Below, one piece after another: positions 37,764 through 52,406 of a stretch of DNA of 63,493 nt. The translations under genes and the position numbers were made by a program. The notes under the pieces are model-generated. The model was given only the letters and a program-made list of their open reading frames with translations, searched no databases and was not told the origin of the DNA. How positions within the stretch are numbered: position 1 is the stretch's first letter; the number at the start of each line of letters is the position of its first letter. The stretch covers positions 11,726,339 through 11,789,831 of the forward strand of contig NC_068992.1 in the NCBI RefSeq assembly GCF_001194135.2. Reading direction: 5' to 3'. The stretch is from Octopus bimaculoides. Its lineage: Eukaryota.

Positions 37764-38421
37764 CAGTTGTTGTTGTTGTTGTTATCAGTTTTATTCACTT
37801 AACATGATTAAAAGAATTATTATCGTTATTATTATTATTGTTGTTGTTGTTGTTGCTATTGTTATGGGTTGTTTTCATAAAAAAATTTTTTTTTATTGTT
37901 TCGTGGATTTTGTTTTTGTTTCGTTGTATAGCGAACAGAACATAGCATAATATACATTAAAGTCTCCCAAGGAAAAACCTTATAATACATCAGGCTATAT
38001 CTATAAAATACGTTATTTCTACAAGATGGCGAATTGTAGAGAAACGTCGTAAACTTGATAGCAAAAGAAGAACAAAATAGACCAACAAGATGCAATGCTT
38101 CATTAAATCTAAATATTCTTCTTATCCTATATTTTTATGACTTCATCTGAAAACATTGCGTGGTGGATCCTTGTTCTTTGAAGCGGTCTAGGAACGGAGT
38201 CATAAAGTGATGTTATATAGAAACAAACCCTGTTTCGCTCGTTTTATTAAGCTCCTGGTCTGTACCGCTGATAAAATATGTAACGAAGACTTTTGATACA
38301 AAACGAACGTGTGGATGAGACTGTGTTTATGTACATATGAGCATAAAAGTACACAAAACATTATAGACATATGTAAGCAGATGTTTGTATTAGTTTAAGC
38401 ATAAACCTATACATACATATA

Positions 38422-38457
<36 letters not shown>

Positions 38458-38500
38458 TCTTTAAATAAAATACTTATACACCTATACCTATATACCTACA

Positions 38501-38571
<71 letters not shown>

Positions 38572-39306
38572 TATATATATGTTTATGTATGTATGTATTT
38601 GTATGTATATGTATATGTATAAATATATATATACTCACGCGCGCGCGCGCGTGTGTATGCATTCCTGTACGTGTACAAATATGTATTGACGATTTACTAG
38701 TATATCTCAACTCGTCTAACAATTTCAGACAAATAATGGAATATGATGTCTTACTGTCGAAGTTATAGAATCAATAGATACAAATATTTTAGCTTTGTTG
38801 CAAATTATTTATGAGGCTTCTGTAGGTATATCTATGAACACACACACACACACGTACATATATGGTTTTGTTAATAACCGCGTAAGTTTTCGTCGTAAAA
38901 TTCAATATCCATTCATAAGAGAAACAAAAAGTGATTGCGTGGGAGGAAAAGACACTGAAAATTATAGCACAATAGATGTCTATATTAACATTGCAAATAA
39001 TGCACGACGGTAATAAATGTTTGCTACATGAGAACAATAGTCGTTGAAGCAGCTATATTCCTCGTTTTGCCCACGTCCATTCACGTACGCCGATCATTAT
39101 TAAACGATGATAGCGCGGACGATTACAATGATAGAGCAACCGACATCACCACAACACCGCCATAAAGAGTAGGGATTTCTTGTCTGATGCCGGAGATTAA
39201 TGCAGAAATGTGTAGAGTACAATCCACACGTATGTGTATATGTATATGTACTTATACATAAATACGTAGATATGCACATATATATATAAACACACATATA
39301 TATATT

Positions 39307-39370
<64 letters not shown>

Positions 39371-39625
39371 GCACACACACGTCCAATAAATGTGTGCAAC
39401 AAAGCATTGGAAGAGATCTTGTTTTGCATCACTTTCATCCTCCTACGTGTGACACAGATCCAATTTACATATACCAACCCACTCACGCACGCACACACAT
39501 ACACACACCCAATATATATATATTCATGTTACGTATTTATTATTTTTTTTAGCATGTAAGTACAAATATGCATATGTGTATATATCTATACACACACATA
39601 CATATATATACAGATATATATATAT

Positions 39626-39678
<53 letters not shown>

Positions 39679-39972
39679 CACATGTAAGTATGTATGTGTT
39701 TGTGTGATTGTAATTGTGTGTGTGTGTGCATGTATCCAGAAACACATACATACACAGGCGCGTGTTTGAGTCGGATTTTTCCCATATAACCGTAGTGTGC
39801 GGTGTAATCCATAATTCTATAGCTGCAGTAATTTCCAACATTCGAATGAATAACGAACTGTGTTAGAAAATCAAAGTGGCGACTCATGTCCAGCATTGAA
39901 CGTATGGAGGAGGATAAACAACGGAGAAAAGGTCACGCAAACCAGTTTACCAATGTGCGTGTGTGTGTATGA

Positions 39973-40023
<51 letters not shown>

Positions 40024-42277
40024 AGTGCCAGTCAGGCACTGGGGACGTGTAATCAATTAGCCCCTTTCTCCAACCCCAAATTTCAGGTTTTGTGCCTATA
40101 GTAGAAATGATTATTAATTACGAGGTCGATGAAAGAAAGTACCAATCTGGGGATGATGTAAACGACTTGCACCCCGCGCCATTAAATTTGCTGCCCCTGT
40201 GCCAAAAATTGAAAGAATTAACATTATTAATGATTTATATCGCAAATGAGCGCAATGCTGTGGATTAACGCATAGACTTGTTAGAGGGGTAGGGAAAATA
40301 CCATTCGATATTTAATTACGGTTTTTAACTTCCTGAGTTCAAATTTCGCCAGCATCGACTTTGATTTTCGTCTTTCTCGGGTCGCTAAGTCGATGATATA
40401 TATTCAACTATACGCTTCCCGCTTCTGAATTTGTGACCTTGAGCCACTATTTATAAATCAATATTTCTTTTCTTTCTTTCATTTAGAGTCCGACAAAATG
40501 GCTGGTGGTATTTCGTTTTCTCTCTCTATGATCTAAGTTCAAATTCTTCCAGGGTCAAATTTTTACCTTTCATCATTTTCGGAGGTCGATAATAAATGTA
40601 CCAGACTGGAGGTCGTTTAATCGATTTTAGCCAATCTTTATTATTTCAATCAGTTTTATTCATTCTCTAGTATCCGTGGCCTTGTGCCAATATAAGAAAT
40701 CAATATTCATAACGAGTAGAAGACCAATAAAAGCTAAATCAGCATCTGTGGGATTTGAAGTTAAAAGAACGAAATCTAAAATTGACAAGACGGAAACAAA
40801 AATATCGTTATTTGAATTATATGTAACATGTAGTTACAAGTTTTTAGCGAAACGGTAATATCATAATCGTATTCATGTACAGCTAGCTATTTTCACTGGC
40901 TATTCATTTTATTTACTCCAAAGAATATATCTCTTCGCTACTGCCACTAGATTAAATGGTAAGAGATTTAAGAAAGAGAGAATGAGAGAGGGAGAAAAAA
41001 GAAAGAGAGGTTACTTTTCTCTTTTATTCTCTGATTTATCAATATGCTTTCAACTATTTTGTTCCTTGAAAGTACAATAGAAATAGCAACAGCAATACCA
41101 ATAAAAAAATGTACAAAAGCAAGAGTAAATAGCAATAGTAAAACAGACGAGAATATGTAATGACTATTCAGGTCTCTACGCCATTTTCCGTGTCAACCAT
41201 TAAGATCGTCTGTCGTATCTCCATTTAGGAGCGCCATTTTGTTTAGATATGCGATCTTCTGACGTCGAATTCTATTTTGTTCAATCATGATCGTAAAATG
41301 AAACTTCTTCTAGTTTAATTCATGACATGCTATTCCACGCATCCGACGGAGAGAATAACAAGATAAGGACGAAATGGAATGAGCAAACATTGGCGCTGGA
41401 ATAGAATCACTACTTTGTTCTTTGCTATATTGTTGTTGTTTTTTTATTATTATTATCTCGGAATATAGTACCATTATATTTTCTGCATATATATTTTTTT
41501 GGCTTCGTTCTTTTCATTCAATAAATAATATCATTGCTAAGTAAGATGCATTGTTTGTATTAATATTTCCTTCATCCCGAAAACAAAAAGAAAAATTCGG
41601 CGGCGTAGTAAAATCGTTAAAAAGGTCTGGGATATTTAGTTACATCCCTTTACGTTCTGATTAAATATCGTGCCGTAGTCTATTTTTGTCTTTCATTCAC
41701 TCACAATCGATGATAAAATATGTATGAATCGGTGGAATCAATCTACTACTTTCCTCTCACCCTCACTAAATTTCACTTCAGTTTAATCGAATACAGTACA
41801 TGCTGACGTCTAAACCATTTCCATTCTACTCTCCTATTTTAATATCCATAATAATAAGAATTTCTGACTTAATCACAAGATCACACAGTGTTATGGAAGG
41901 GTAGACTCGCTGAAATAGGCTCCAATAGTGAACCGGTATTTATTTAACCGACTCGTGAAGAACAAAAGTGAAGTTGACTCGTGTAGAATTTGAAATCGGA
42001 CGAAAAGGGAAACGATTATTTACTATATGACACCTGCCTCTTTATTCTACCAGTTCTACAATCCACCGCCCTTTCAGTCGACTAAGTTTCACGCTATACT
42101 TTACTTACTGTATGTATGAATTCTTCCAGTTATGAAAAGAAAAAGAGGTAAAAAAATACACTTATTTGCCAATGATCAATTCCGAGTTCATTCTCACTGT
42201 GTGGCACCTTGGACAAATGTCTTCTACTATAGCCTCGGAAGTGGATTTGGTAGACGGAAACTGAAAGAAACCTGTTG

Positions 42278-42343
<66 letters not shown>

Positions 42344-43096
42344 TGTGTATGTGTTTGTGTGTCTATGTTTGTCCTCGCAACATCGCTTGACAACCGATGG
42401 TGGTGTGTTTACGTCCCCGTAACTTAGCGGTTCGGCAAAAGGGTCCGATAGAATAAGTACTAGGCTTACAAAGAATAAGTCCTGGGGTCGATTTGCTCGA
42501 CTGAAGGCGGTGCTCCAGCATGGCCACAGTCAAATGACTGATAATGTATGTATGTATGTATGTATGTTTGTGTGTGTGGTTGCTTTTGAAGGAGATGTGG
42601 CTTTTATTTCTGACAGGTCAAGCTTCTACAGAGAGGCTATTTTGATGGTTGGACATGTCTCTCAAGTGGTTGGAAAGCGAGGAAGACCATGATTGCGTTT
42701 AATTCAGTGTTTAGAGTTAAACGTATCCGGAACGGAAGTTAGTGAGTGGGTCGTGGATGGACACGAAATAGAGTAAATGCAGAGGCAAACAGTGACGTTT
42801 TCATTATAATTGGAAGAATCCTGATCGTTTCAATTAGATCCCGCTTGTCAACTTTAACTAATTTACTAAGGTCAACTGCTACTGCAAATGAACCGGAGAG
42901 AAAATGTGAGAGAGAGAGGGAGAGGCGAGGAAAAAGAGAAAGAAAGAGATCTTAAGGGAAGAACGACAGATAATGTGTGTGTGTACGTGTGCATGTGTAG
43001 ATGTGTTTGTACAAACGTGTATGCACAGAAATATATAGAGAGAGAATAAGAGAGAGAAAGAAAGGGAGACAGAGACAGAGAGACAGAGTGAGTGAT

Positions 43097-43145
<49 letters not shown>

Positions 43146-44600
43146 AAGAGAGAGAGGGAGAGAGAGAGAGAGACGAGGAAGAGATGTTAATAGAAGAGCG
43201 AAAGATAATACGTGTGTTCGCTTGTATGTGTAGATGCGTTTGTACAAACATGTGTGTGTACAGAAATATATTGAGAGAGAATTAGAGAGTGAGAGACGGT
43301 GGGGTGGGGGGAGAAAATTTAAGGGATTAAATAACGNNNNNNNNNNNNNNNNNNNNNNNNNNNNNNNNNNNNNNNNNNNNNNNNNNNNNNNNNNNNNNNN
43401 NNNNNNNNNNNNNNNNNNNNNNNNNNNNNNNNNNNNNNNNNNNNNNNNNNNNNNNNNNNNNNNNNNNNNNNNNNNNNNNNNNNNNNNNNNNNNNNNNNNN
43501 NNNNNNNNNNNNNNNNNNNNNNNNNNNNNNNNNNNNNNNNNNNNNNNNNNNNNNNNNNNNNNNNNNNNNNNNNNNNNNNNNNNNNNNNNNNNNNNNNNNN
43601 NNNNNNNNNNNNNNNNNNNNNNNNNNNNNNNNNNNNNNNNNNNNNNNNNNNNNNNNNNNNNNNNNNNNNNNNNNNNNNNNNNNNNNNNNNNNNNNNNNNN
43701 NNNNNNNNNNNNNNNNNNNNNNNNNNNNNNNNNNNNNNNNNNNNNNNNNNNNNNNNNNNNNNNNNNNNNNNNNNNNNNNNNNNNNNNNNNNNNNNNNNNN
43801 NNNNNNNNNNNNNNNNNNNNNNNNNNNNNNNNNNNNNNNNNNNNNNNNNNNNNNNNNNNNNNNNNNNNNNNNNNNNNNNNNNNNNNNNNNNNNNNNNNNN
43901 NNNNNNNNNNNNNNNNNNNNNNNNNNNNNNNNNNNNNNNNNNNNNNNNNNNNNNNNNNNNNNNNNNNNNNNNNNNNNNNNNNNNNNNNNNNNNNNNNNNN
44001 NNNNNNNNNNNNNNNNNNNNNNNNNNNNNNNNNNNNNNNNNNNNNNNNNNNNNNNNNNNNNNNNNNNNNNNNNNNNNNNNNNNNNNNNNNNNNNNNNNNN
44101 NNNNNNNNNNNNNNNNNNNNNNNNNNNNNNNNNNNNNNNNNNNNNNNNNNNNNNNNNNNNNNNNNNNNNNNNNNNNNNNNNNNNNNNNNNNNNNNNNNNN
44201 NNNNNNNNNNNNNNNNNNNNNNNNNNNNNNNNNNNATATATATATATATATATATATACATACACACACAAACCACACGCAAAAACTACATACATACATA
44301 TATATACGGCAGACTTCTTTAAGTTTCCGTCTACCAAATCCATTCACAAGGTTCGGGTCGGCCTGAGAGAAAAGTAGAAGACACTTGCCCAAGGTGCCAC
44401 GCAGTAGGACTGAACCCGGAACCTATAGTTTCTTTTTCCTGCTCGTTCATATTTTCACTTATCCATTCTCTGTCGTGGTATAAATACACACACATCTCGG
44501 ACATCACCACACATCTCAGACATTTTATAACGCCATTCTTAACATTTATTGAATGAGTGGCTCCTAGTGGCACAAATTATCTCGTCCCCTTCCTCTTCTT

Positions 44601-44825
44601 ATTTCTTTATTGCCCACAAGGGGCTAAACATAGAGGGGACAAACAAGGACAGACAAAGGGATTAAGTCGATTACATCGACCCCAGTGCGTAACTGGTACT
44701 TAATTTATCGACCCCGAAAGGATGAAAAGCAAAGTCGACCTCGGCGGAATTTGAACTCAGAACGTAACGGTAGACGAAATACCGCTAAGCATTTCGCCCG
44801 GCGTGCTAACGTTTCTGCCAGCTCC
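44601..44825 (-). mobile_element. Family A SINE, full length, young copy
   Basis: Near-identical to 27816-28047. The direct repeat CCCCTTCCTCTTCTTA flanks both sides (~44586-44601 and ~44824-44839). Confidence 0.9.
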
Positions 44826-44909
44826 CCTTCCTCTTCTTACCACCAACAATACCACCACCACCACCACCACCACCACCACCACCACAACTCCTCCTCCTCC
44901 CCCTCCTCT

Positions 44910-44972
<63 letters not shown>

Positions 44973-45990
44973 AGTAGAGTATGCTCATCGAGGCTGCAGC
45001 TCTTCTATATTGGCGAGGTAATTGCAATTGGTATTCAGCTGGTCTGTGTTTTTGGAGCGTCGCAGTTTTAGGAAAGCAATGCAGCTTGGCCTATGTTTTT
45101 GTGGTTTTCCATGTTACTGCTGCTGCTGATGATTATAACGCCAATGATGTCGTAGTTGTTGTTGTTGTTGCTATTGTCATTTAGCTTTAAACCAATTCTG
45201 GTTGAGCAGACGTATGATTAAAGCCATTGATACCATAATGATCGTTCTTAATTTTTTTTTTTTAGACATAATAATTCTAGAAGAGCGGTTTTTAATCAGA
45301 ATAGCAACACATCCTTGGAGGCGTTGCAAGCACTCACCGGAGTTGAGAATGTCGGAGGAGTGTTATGTTGAACCCTGGGTTTTTACAGAACACGTGATTT
45401 TCAATAAAAATAAAATATTTTGATGAAATACAATACTCGTATTTTAAACACATTTCCAAAACAAAACAAAAAAGTTAAAAATGAAAAAAAAAAAGAAGAT
45501 ATTTGTCGGGATTGAAATCTGAAATGAAACGACGTTGTGTTATTAGTGAGCAAAAAGCGTCTCATGATGTGGCAAGGTCGCATAGGATTTCATTAGAAGT
45601 CTTCTGCAACAGCACAGCTATCGTGTTTTGCGAAAAAGGTGCTGAAAAGTGTTTGACTGTAAGGGCATCACGAGAAGCTCGGTTGGAAATTCAACCTTCC
45701 GAGTTCTTTTACAGGGTTTAGAAAACCTGAAGTATTCCTGCAATAAATGTGTGAATCTGACAAGGAATATAATTTTATGTTGAATAAAATTATAATCGAC
45801 TGATCCTGTATTTTCTTTTACCCAAAGCTAGGAACTTTTTAGCACTGCCTCGTATAAAAAGAATTAACATGGCGTGGACACTAACTCTTGCGATTGTCTG
45901 AAAAGAGCAACATGCTGGATTGGATAGTATAAAAACTACACAATATAGATGATAAAACCATGCAATATTTACTTCTGGTAAAGCGATATA

Positions 45991-46201
45991 ATATTTTGTT
46001 GTGTCTGGGGAGAGTCATTTTCTTATTGTGTCTTAAAATTTAACATACTCACCGTTAAAATTTCCACTTATTTCTTATTTTTATTTTCCTAAAATTTCGT
46101 TGCGTCTTTTCAAATAAGAAATAAGTGGAAATTTTAACAGTGAGTGTGTTAAATTTTAAGGCACAATAAGAAAATGACTCCCCCCAGACACAACAGAATA
46201 T
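45991..46201. mobile_element. Foldback element with ~90-bp arms
   Basis: ATATTTTGTTGTGTCTGGGGAGAGTCATTTTCTTATTGTGTCTTAAAATTTAACATACTCACCGTTAAAATTTCCACTTATTTCTTATTT pairs with AAATAAGAAATAAGTGGAAATTTTAACAGTGAGTGTGTTAAATTTTAAGGCACAATAAGAAAATGACTCCCCCAGACACAACAGAATAT around a ~30-nt loop. Confidence 0.8.
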
Positions 46202-47499
46202 GCTTCAACACACGAAATCACATAAAAAATCTTGCAAACCAAATCCAAAAACGAGATATAATATTTTGTTTTCTATATATATTTGGAGGTGATATTTAAA
46301 TGTTCTCTTCAGGGCGCAGGCCTTGGTTGAGTTAATACAGGAGACTAGCTGTTGCTCATGCAGAAGCAATACCATCTCCACGCCATTGACATTATCCAAG
46401 GGAATAACAAGGCCTAGCGCAGCATAGCGCCATTGTTAGCACAAAAATCAAAGAACAATATTGAAAACAACGTTGGACTGCTTTTGAGACTTAAGTAGGA
46501 GATTATTTTTCTCAAAGTTTGCTCGTGAAACCATCACTGTGGATAGGTATTGCCGCGAGGCAGCAGAGGTTTGAAAACAAAGTTCCACCCCTCTGTATTT
46601 TCAGATTATTGAGTTCCTTCTGCTGGAAACACTGGTTTTAAAGCACCAGCAACCGCTTTCGCTCCTTCTCCCGTCAATACAGGCGGTTCAACCGAACTTT
46701 AGAGGCTAAGTCGCACGAGAGGGTCAGGTGTTGGATTCGGTGGCCGTTGGAGATGCTAGACATGAAAACATTTTATTTAGAAGCGAGAGCTTTATTTATT
46801 TATTTATTTATTTATTTATTTCATTTATTATTATTGTTATTACTTAAAAGGCAGCGAGCAAAATGCTTAACGGCATTTCGTTCTGAGATCAACTTTGTCG
46901 TTCATCTTTTTAGGGGGTTGTTGAAATAAGTACCAGTTGAGCACTGGGGTCAATGTAATCGACTTCCCACCACACACACACACACACACACACATCACCA
47001 CCACCACCACCAACACCAACAACAACAACACAACCACTACTACTTCCTCGCAAAATTCCAGGCTTTGTGTCTATAACGTAAAGAATTAGTTAAATCATAG
47101 CTAAGGGATGTTTGTAAAACGTCCTTTCGGTAAAAAAAGGGACTCTGGACTAAAATATGAAATGTTGGGAAATCAATGTTCTAGATACACAGTGATAGAA
47201 ATTTAGTTGCTATTTCTGGCAAGACCATTGACCACATAGTAGCGATATTTGAAGAGGGTGAGTGGCATTACGACACAACAGGTGTAAAAGTAAAAGGTGT
47301 GTTAAGGGTGATGCTGGTTTTTAAATTCAACGATATTTGGTGCTTGACCCAGACTACCCTGGAGTAAAATATCATCTCTTCATCAGAACGAGAGATTCGT
47401 TGTGTGATAACACAGATTCATGCAACGCTTTTTCGAACATTATCGATTTTTACAGCTGAAACAATGACAACCGCCATAACGAGATAGCAGTAGTGACAT

Positions 47500-47696
47500 T
47501 GGTGGTGGTGGTGGTGGTTGGGGGTAGGTGTCAGTCGTGATTGCGCTGCTGATAGTGATGGTGGTGGTGTCGATGGTGAAAGTGGTAGCGGCGGTGGTGG
47601 TGGTAGTGGTGGTGGTGGTGGTGGCGGCGGTGGTGGTGGTTAATGGTAATCATAATAAAAACAGGTGGGTAATTAGATACGCAGTTGATGTTGTTT

Positions 47697-47731
<35 letters not shown>

Positions 47732-48125
47732 AGTGACGTTGTTAATTATGCCTACGTTGATGACAATGATGTAATATCGTAAATGAAGTGCAGAGTTTTT
47801 TGGTGAAGATGACGAGGATAACGATGGTGATGATGATGATGATGATGACGAGGAGGAGGAGGAAAAGAAGGATGCTGACGATGATGATGATAATGGTAAC
47901 GATAACGATGCGGATAATGATGACAATAGCGATAATATAGAGGACAACGATGATAGGCACGATGATGATGATGATGATGATGATGATAATGATGATTATG
48001 ATGATGAAGATGATGATGATGATGGTGGTGGTGATGGTGATGATGATGATGATGATGATGATGATGACGATGACGATGACGATGATGCTCATCATGATCA
48101 TGATAATGGTAGTAATGATGCTGTG
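47500..48125. repeat. Compound trinucleotide array (GGT/GAT/GAC)n
   Basis: Same triplet class as 32950-33500, on the opposite strand. Confidence 0.95.
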
Positions 48126-48388
48126 GAGGACGATTACGCAACATGCAATATTTCTTTTTAAGGGTAAGATCTAATTTCTTTACTTACGTTTATTGCGGTC
48201 GGCATTTACCACCACCACCACCACCACCACCACCACTACTACTACTACTAGCACTACCACAAGCTAGCATGTTTAGATCATTTTTGTTGTTGTTGCTTGT
48301 TTTATTATATTGCGGTTTTCGTTATTTTATGTTCCTACTCTCATTTTCATTTGTTTTTATATTACTCGTTGACACACATACACACACC

Positions 48389-48468
<80 letters not shown>

Positions 48469-48729
48469 TCCAAGAATCCACTCGGGAACACACTGACTCT
48501 TAAGTGTGGGTGGGTGAGAGTGTGTGTTTAGATGCATCTTTAATTGCATATCTCTATGACGTCATGCATCTACATGCTCTTACAATTTTCTTCATATAAT
48601 TTACACACACACACACACACACACACATATGTATATGTATATGAATATATATATGTGTATGCATATAAAAAAATATATATATATACATATACCTTCCTTT
48701 CCTACCTCTTTTGCATTGTTTAAATATAT

Positions 48730-48773
<44 letters not shown>

Positions 48774-50314
48774 ACATATATATACATACGCGTACGCGTG
48801 TATGTGTTTGCTTGTAGTTATGCGATCGGTTACAATGATTGTGTGTGGATGCTTTTATCTCTTCTGATAAGCGATTGCTTCAGCAGGATTCATTTCAAGA
48901 TTACTAACAGTTTTTGCCTTTTATTTACCATTCTTTCGGGATCCATAAAATAGGTACCAGTTGAGTACTGTTGTCGATGTAATCATCGAAACCCTTCCCC
49001 ACCAAAATTTCAGGCCTTGTGCCCATAAATAGAAATGACTATTATGATTATGATAATAATGGAATTCTTTTTTCGTGTCATCACCCAATTTTTGTGCAAA
49101 TCCTCGCGCAGGTTCTAATCTGTCCTCATCACCCCTTCATTGAAACCCCACCAAAGAATCATCATCATCATCGTCGGCGTCGTCCTTATTATTCGGACGG
49201 TGAGCTGACAGAATCGTTCGTATGTCGAGCAAAATGTTTGGTGGCATTTCTTCGGGCTACGCGTTCTGAGTTCGAACGCTGGTAAGCTCGACTTTGCTTT
49301 TCATTCTTTCGGAGTCGAGATAAGCGAAGTACCGTTTTGACCACTAAGGGTCAGTGTAATCGACTTAACCCCAACCCCACCAAATTTAAGGGCTCATACC
49401 TATCGTAGAAAGAATTATTATTATTATTATTATTATAAGGCGGTGTGAGCTGTCAGAATCGTTAGTATGTTGAACGAAATGCTTAGCTGTATTTCGCTAT
49501 TCGCTACGTCCTGAGTTCAAATTCCGCAGAGGCCGATTTTGACTTTCATCCTTTCGGGTCGATAAATTAAGTACCATTGGAACAATTGGGTCTACGTCAT
49601 CGACTATTTCCCTCTCCAAAATTTCAGCCCTTGTGCTTTTAGTGAAAAGAATTATTATTATTATTATTATTATTACTATTATTATTATTATTATTTTTAT
49701 TTATAGCAGTTGTAGTAGTAGCAGCAGTGTTATTTCTTTTATCCGTGCTGCCACTTATTCATCGAGTGTGTTCGTTAAACAGACCGACAGACAAACGGAC
49801 GGTGAGGTAAAGTATTTTTTGTTTCCGTTTTGATTTTTTTTTTTTTTTGCAATTTGTTTGATTGTTTGGTTGTTGTTCATTTTCCCTTCTTATTTCCTGT
49901 GTGCATTTCGTTTCATTTTTTTTCTCTTTTTCTTTTTTTTTTGTTTTTGTTTTTTGTTCCATTTGTCTTTCATTATTTTAATTTCTGTTGCTAAGATTTG
50001 AGGATAATTGAAACTGATTTTTGCAATTTACACGGAACGATTCAGAAAACAAATGATTCTATGTTGTTGTAGCATGCCACTGGCCACAAATCTTGATTTG
50101 TATCTCAAGTGTGCACACAAGTTGTGCCTAAATATATATCGAGATGCATACACGGCTACACATACTTACGTACAAACACACACACACACACACATATATA
50201 TACATATGTATATCTATATATACATACATAAATATATATATGCATATATATATTTACATACCTGCGTACACATGTGTATAAACATGGATAGGTGCATATT
50301 TATATGTATATAGG

Positions 50315-50367
<53 letters not shown>

Positions 50368-50445
50368 NNNNNNNNNNGTACGTATATACATATATATATA
50401 TACATATATTGATGTCTGTGAATGTATATGTATATTTGTGCATGC

Positions 50446-50499
<54 letters not shown>

Positions 50500-50834
50500 C
50501 TATATATGCCTATATACTATACGTATAGTTGCACTCATGCGCTCATGCTATAGAACGTGAATGTTAGTAGATTTATATTGAAATGCCTTTACCTCTGTAT
50601 GACTTGTTTGACTGTGAAAGTATTGGTCTCTGTGTGAGCTTGGACGTAGACATATGTTCGCAAGTACAGTCCACTTTTGCACAACACACACGCTGACATC
50701 TTGTGCACTCTTCAGTTAATTCTTTCATAGTGCACACTTTAGTGCTATTTTATGCTTTTAAATGTAAGCCCGTTGAATATAAATATATATATATAAATGT
50801 GTGTGTGTGTGTGTGTGCGTGCGTGCATGTGTAT

Positions 50835-50878
<44 letters not shown>

Positions 50879-52247
50879 GGTGTATATGTTTGTGTGTCTG
50901 TGTCTGTCCTCCTTCAACATCGCTTGAAAACCATTGCTAGTGTGTTTATGTCCTCGTAACTTAGCAGTTCGGAAAAAAAGACCGATAGAATAAGTACTAG
51001 GCGTACAAAGAATAAGTCCTGGGATCGATTTGCTCGATTAAAGGTGTGCCCCAGCATGGCCGCAGTCAAATGACTGAAACATTTAAAAGAATAAAAGAAT
51101 ATATATATATACATATATATATATATATGTGTGTGTGTACGTATGTATGTATTTTTCTGAGTTTGTATGAATATGTATATCAATTGAATAAAGTTTTATT
51201 ATTGTATTTTAACATTAAAATAATATTTCATAATGTTCATAAAGTTCAATTAGCGCCTTCATATGTTCGTAGTAATCATCAGATCTCAAAATGTATTTAA
51301 CTGACAGTTATAGTACCTCTCAGAACGCTCCAAGCTGAATTTTTGGAATACGGTTTTGACTAATCGGCATGCAGATTAAACATCACGGTTTGCAGGCCGT
51401 ACCGATATTCTGTAATTTGTTTATATTCATATGTTAAAGATATTTTTTAATCCACATCATTAACTGGTTGTTATATAATTGCTGTTATTTCTGTTCAGAA
51501 CAGGTTTGAACATTTTAATAAACTGTTTTTCCTTTATCTTTCTTCCAGCCTTGCTTGTGTCATGTAGTTTGTGGAAAGGAAAAATTATAAACATTTTTTG
51601 ACCACATGTTTCTATATGCTCGCTCAATGGAATTTGGCAGACAACGGTGTTCCGGATTTGTTGTCTGTGGACTCGCGAGTGCGTTCTGATAATGCATTCG
51701 CTGTCTCGCCTATATATAGTTCCTCGCAATGTGTATTTTTTTTTTGCATCTCCTACTCTTGTATTTGCACACATCTACAAAATGACTTTCTGAAATGAAC
51801 TTCTATTATGCAGCTGAGGAGTACATTTTCATTGCACATCTTATGTGATGTTCTCACTACATAAATAAATGAAGTTTGTACGAAACGTACGTACTGCTAT
51901 AACCTAATGCATTTTTGTTGCTTTTCTTCAAATATGTATATACATGTATGGGTATATGCGTGGAGACGCAACTACATCATGAAACTACATCATGAAACTA
52001 GAACTGTATGTTTTATTGATCTCAGTCATTGGACTGCGGCCATGATGGTGCAATGCCTTCAAGAATTTTAGTCGAAAGAATCGAACCCAGTACTTGTTTG
52101 GTTTTCCGCTTTTTTAAAATATGGTAATAATTCTGTCGCTCGCTTTTACCGAACAGCTAGGTTACGGGGACGTCAACACACCTAGAATGCTGTCAAACGG
52201 TGGTGAAGGACAAATACAGATACACACACAATATACATATATATACT

Positions 52248-52281
<34 letters not shown>

Positions 52282-52326
52282 TATACATATATATACATAT
52301 ATATACATATATATACATATATATAC

Positions 52327-52357
<31 letters not shown>

Positions 52358-52363
52358 CACACA

Positions 52364-52406
<43 letters not shown>

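Noticed and set aside
46312-46426. Apparent exon after TTCTCTTCAG (AQALVELIQETSCCSCRS...)
   Set aside because: The sequence aligns by eye to the body of SINE family E (CTCCACGCCA..TTATCCAAGGGAA..AAGGCC).
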